Positions 48,773 through 49,997 of a DNA stretch of 49,997 bases are shown here, piece by piece. Both the position numbers and the translations under genes were made by a program. The stretch comes from Paracraurococcus sp. (GTDB lineage Bacteria; Pseudomonadota; Alphaproteobacteria; Acetobacterales; Acetobacteraceae). How positions within the stretch are numbered: the stretch's first letter is position 1; each line of letters begins with the position of its first letter. The DNA is taken from the NCBI GenBank assembly GCA_049315625.1, contig JBMOJU010000001.1:1-49997 (forward strand), written 5' to 3'. Below the pieces are notes generated by a model. It was not told the DNA's origin, made no database searches, and saw nothing but the letters and a program-made list of their open reading frames with translations.

Positions 48773-49997
48773 TCCCCGACGTGGACGTCTTGGTTATCGG
48801 CGCAGGCGCCGCCGGCATCGCAGCGGCGCGGCTGCTGCGGGCGCGGGGCCGGACGGTGCGGGTGTTGGAGGCCGGCCGGCGGCTCGGCGGCCGGGCCTGG
48901 ACCGAGAGCGCCTCGCTCGGCGTGCCCTTCGACCACGGCGCCTCCTGGATCCACGGCGCCGAACGCAACCCGCTGACGCCGATCGCCCGCGACCTGGGCT
49001 TCACCCTGCGCGACGAGCGGCGGCGGGTGCGCGACATCCTGCTGTTCGGCGACCGGCCGGCCACGCCCGCCGAGCGCGCCGCGCACGACGCCGCCTGCGA
49101 GGCCTGGGAGGCGGCGGCCGAGGCGCGCGACGCGGCCGGCGGCGCGGATATCCCGCTGGCGGAGGCGGTGCCGCGCGGCGGGCCGTGGGACGCCACCGTC
49201 TCCCACTGGTTCAGCAGCATCATTTCCGGCGTCGAGGCCGAACACTTCAGCCTGCACGACTACGTCGCCACCGGGCTGGACGGAGCCAACCTGCAGGTGG
49301 CCGAAGGCTTCGGCAGCCTGGTCGCGCGCCTCGGCGAGGGGCTGCCGGTGACCCTGGGCGCGCCGGTCGCCCTGCTGCGCTGGGATGGCGCGGGCGTGGT
49401 CGCGGAGGGCGGCTGGGGCATGCTGCGGGCAGCGGCGGCGATCGTCACCGTCTCGACCGGCGTGCTGGCGGCGAATGGCATCCGCTTCGACCCGGCCTTG
49501 CCGGACGATATCCAGGCGGCGATCGCCCGGCTGCCGCAGGGGCTGCTGAGCAAGGTCGCGCTGCGGGCCGCCGGCGAACACCGGCTCGGCCTCGGCCCCT
49601 TCGCCCGGCTGGGGCAGCAGGTGGCGGGGCCAGGCGATGCGCCGATGTCCTGGATGCTCTGGCCCTGGGGCCGCGACCATGCGGTGGGCTTCATCGGCGG
49701 CGAGGCCGCCTGGGCTCTGGCGCGGGAGGGCGCCGCTGCGGCCGAGGCCTTCGCCCGCGCCGACCTCGCGCGCTTCTTCGGCGCGGCGGCGGTGGCGCGC
49801 ACCTTCGCCCCGGGCGCGGTGGTGACCGGCTGGGCGGCGGATCCGCTGTTCCTCGGTGCCTATAGCCATGCCCGGGTCGGGCAGTACGGCGCCCGCGCCG
49901 TGCTGCGCGACGCCGCCCTGGCCAAGGGCCGGCTCCGCTTCGCCGGCGAGGCCTGCCACACCCGCACCGCCGGCACCGTGGGCGGCGCCTGGGAGAG
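48769..49997 (+). CDS. Flavin monoamine oxidase family protein (3' end outside window)
   Basis: Not in the ORF track. ATG overlaps the upstream TGA; MIPDVDVLVIGAGAAGIAAARLL..VLEAGRRLGGRAWT..FDHGASWIH ... GAYSHA..RFAGEAC..AGTVGGAWE. Confidence 0.9.
   Translation, partial: MIPDVDVLVIGAGAAGIAAARLLRARGRTVRVLEAGRRLGGRAWTESASLGVPFDHGASWIHGAERNPLTPIARDLGFTLRDERRRVRDILLFGDRPATPAERAAHDAACEAWEAAAEARDAAGGADIPLAEAVPRGGPWDATVSHWFSSIISGVEAEHFSLHDYVATGLDGANLQVAEGFGSLVARLGEGLPVTLGAPVALLRWDGAGVVAEGGWGMLRAAAAIVTVSTGVLAANGIRFDPALPDDIQAAIARLPQGLLSKVALRAAGEHRLGLGPFARLGQQVAGPGDAPMSWMLWPWGRDHAVGFIGGEAAWALAREGAAAAEAFARADLARFFGAAAVARTFAPGAVVTGWAADPLFLGAYSHARVGQYGARAVLRDAALAKGRLRFAGEACHTRTAGTVGGAWE

Overview
High-GC, gene-dense chromosomal window from an alphaproteobacterium. 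Gene content and codon style suggest a non-acetic Acetobacteraceae (Roseomonas/Paracraurococcus-like); this is inference. About 46 CDS can be read. They include a divergent RpoD-like sigma factor cut by the left edge, an amidase with a small partner gene, psiF-like, asmA, the coq9-def-rpsU locus, and a long run of catabolic and transport genes (GntR regulators, MBL hydrolases, class V aminotransferase, MFS, enolase-superfamily, CoA-transferases, GMC/FAD oxidoreductases, PhyH and TauD dioxygenases, TRAP, Bug/TctC, CitE, TcuA-like). Further right lie a general-stress mini-island with sigma-EcfG-type promoters, an orphan flagellin divergent from rfbCBDA, an HWE histidine kinase, and a flavin amine oxidase cut by the right edge. 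I saw no rRNA, tRNA, CRISPR array, transposase or phage gene. The most unusual signal is the non-canonical RpoD paralogue with a ~760-bp hairpin-rich upstream region containing a candidate 100-160 nt rod-shaped RNA. Also notable are the EcfG-type promoter set with a repeat-tailed stress protein, a 98-bp MITE-like element at the rfbC stop codon, and several enzymes with substituted catalytic residues. All calls are by eye; no searches or folding programs were run.
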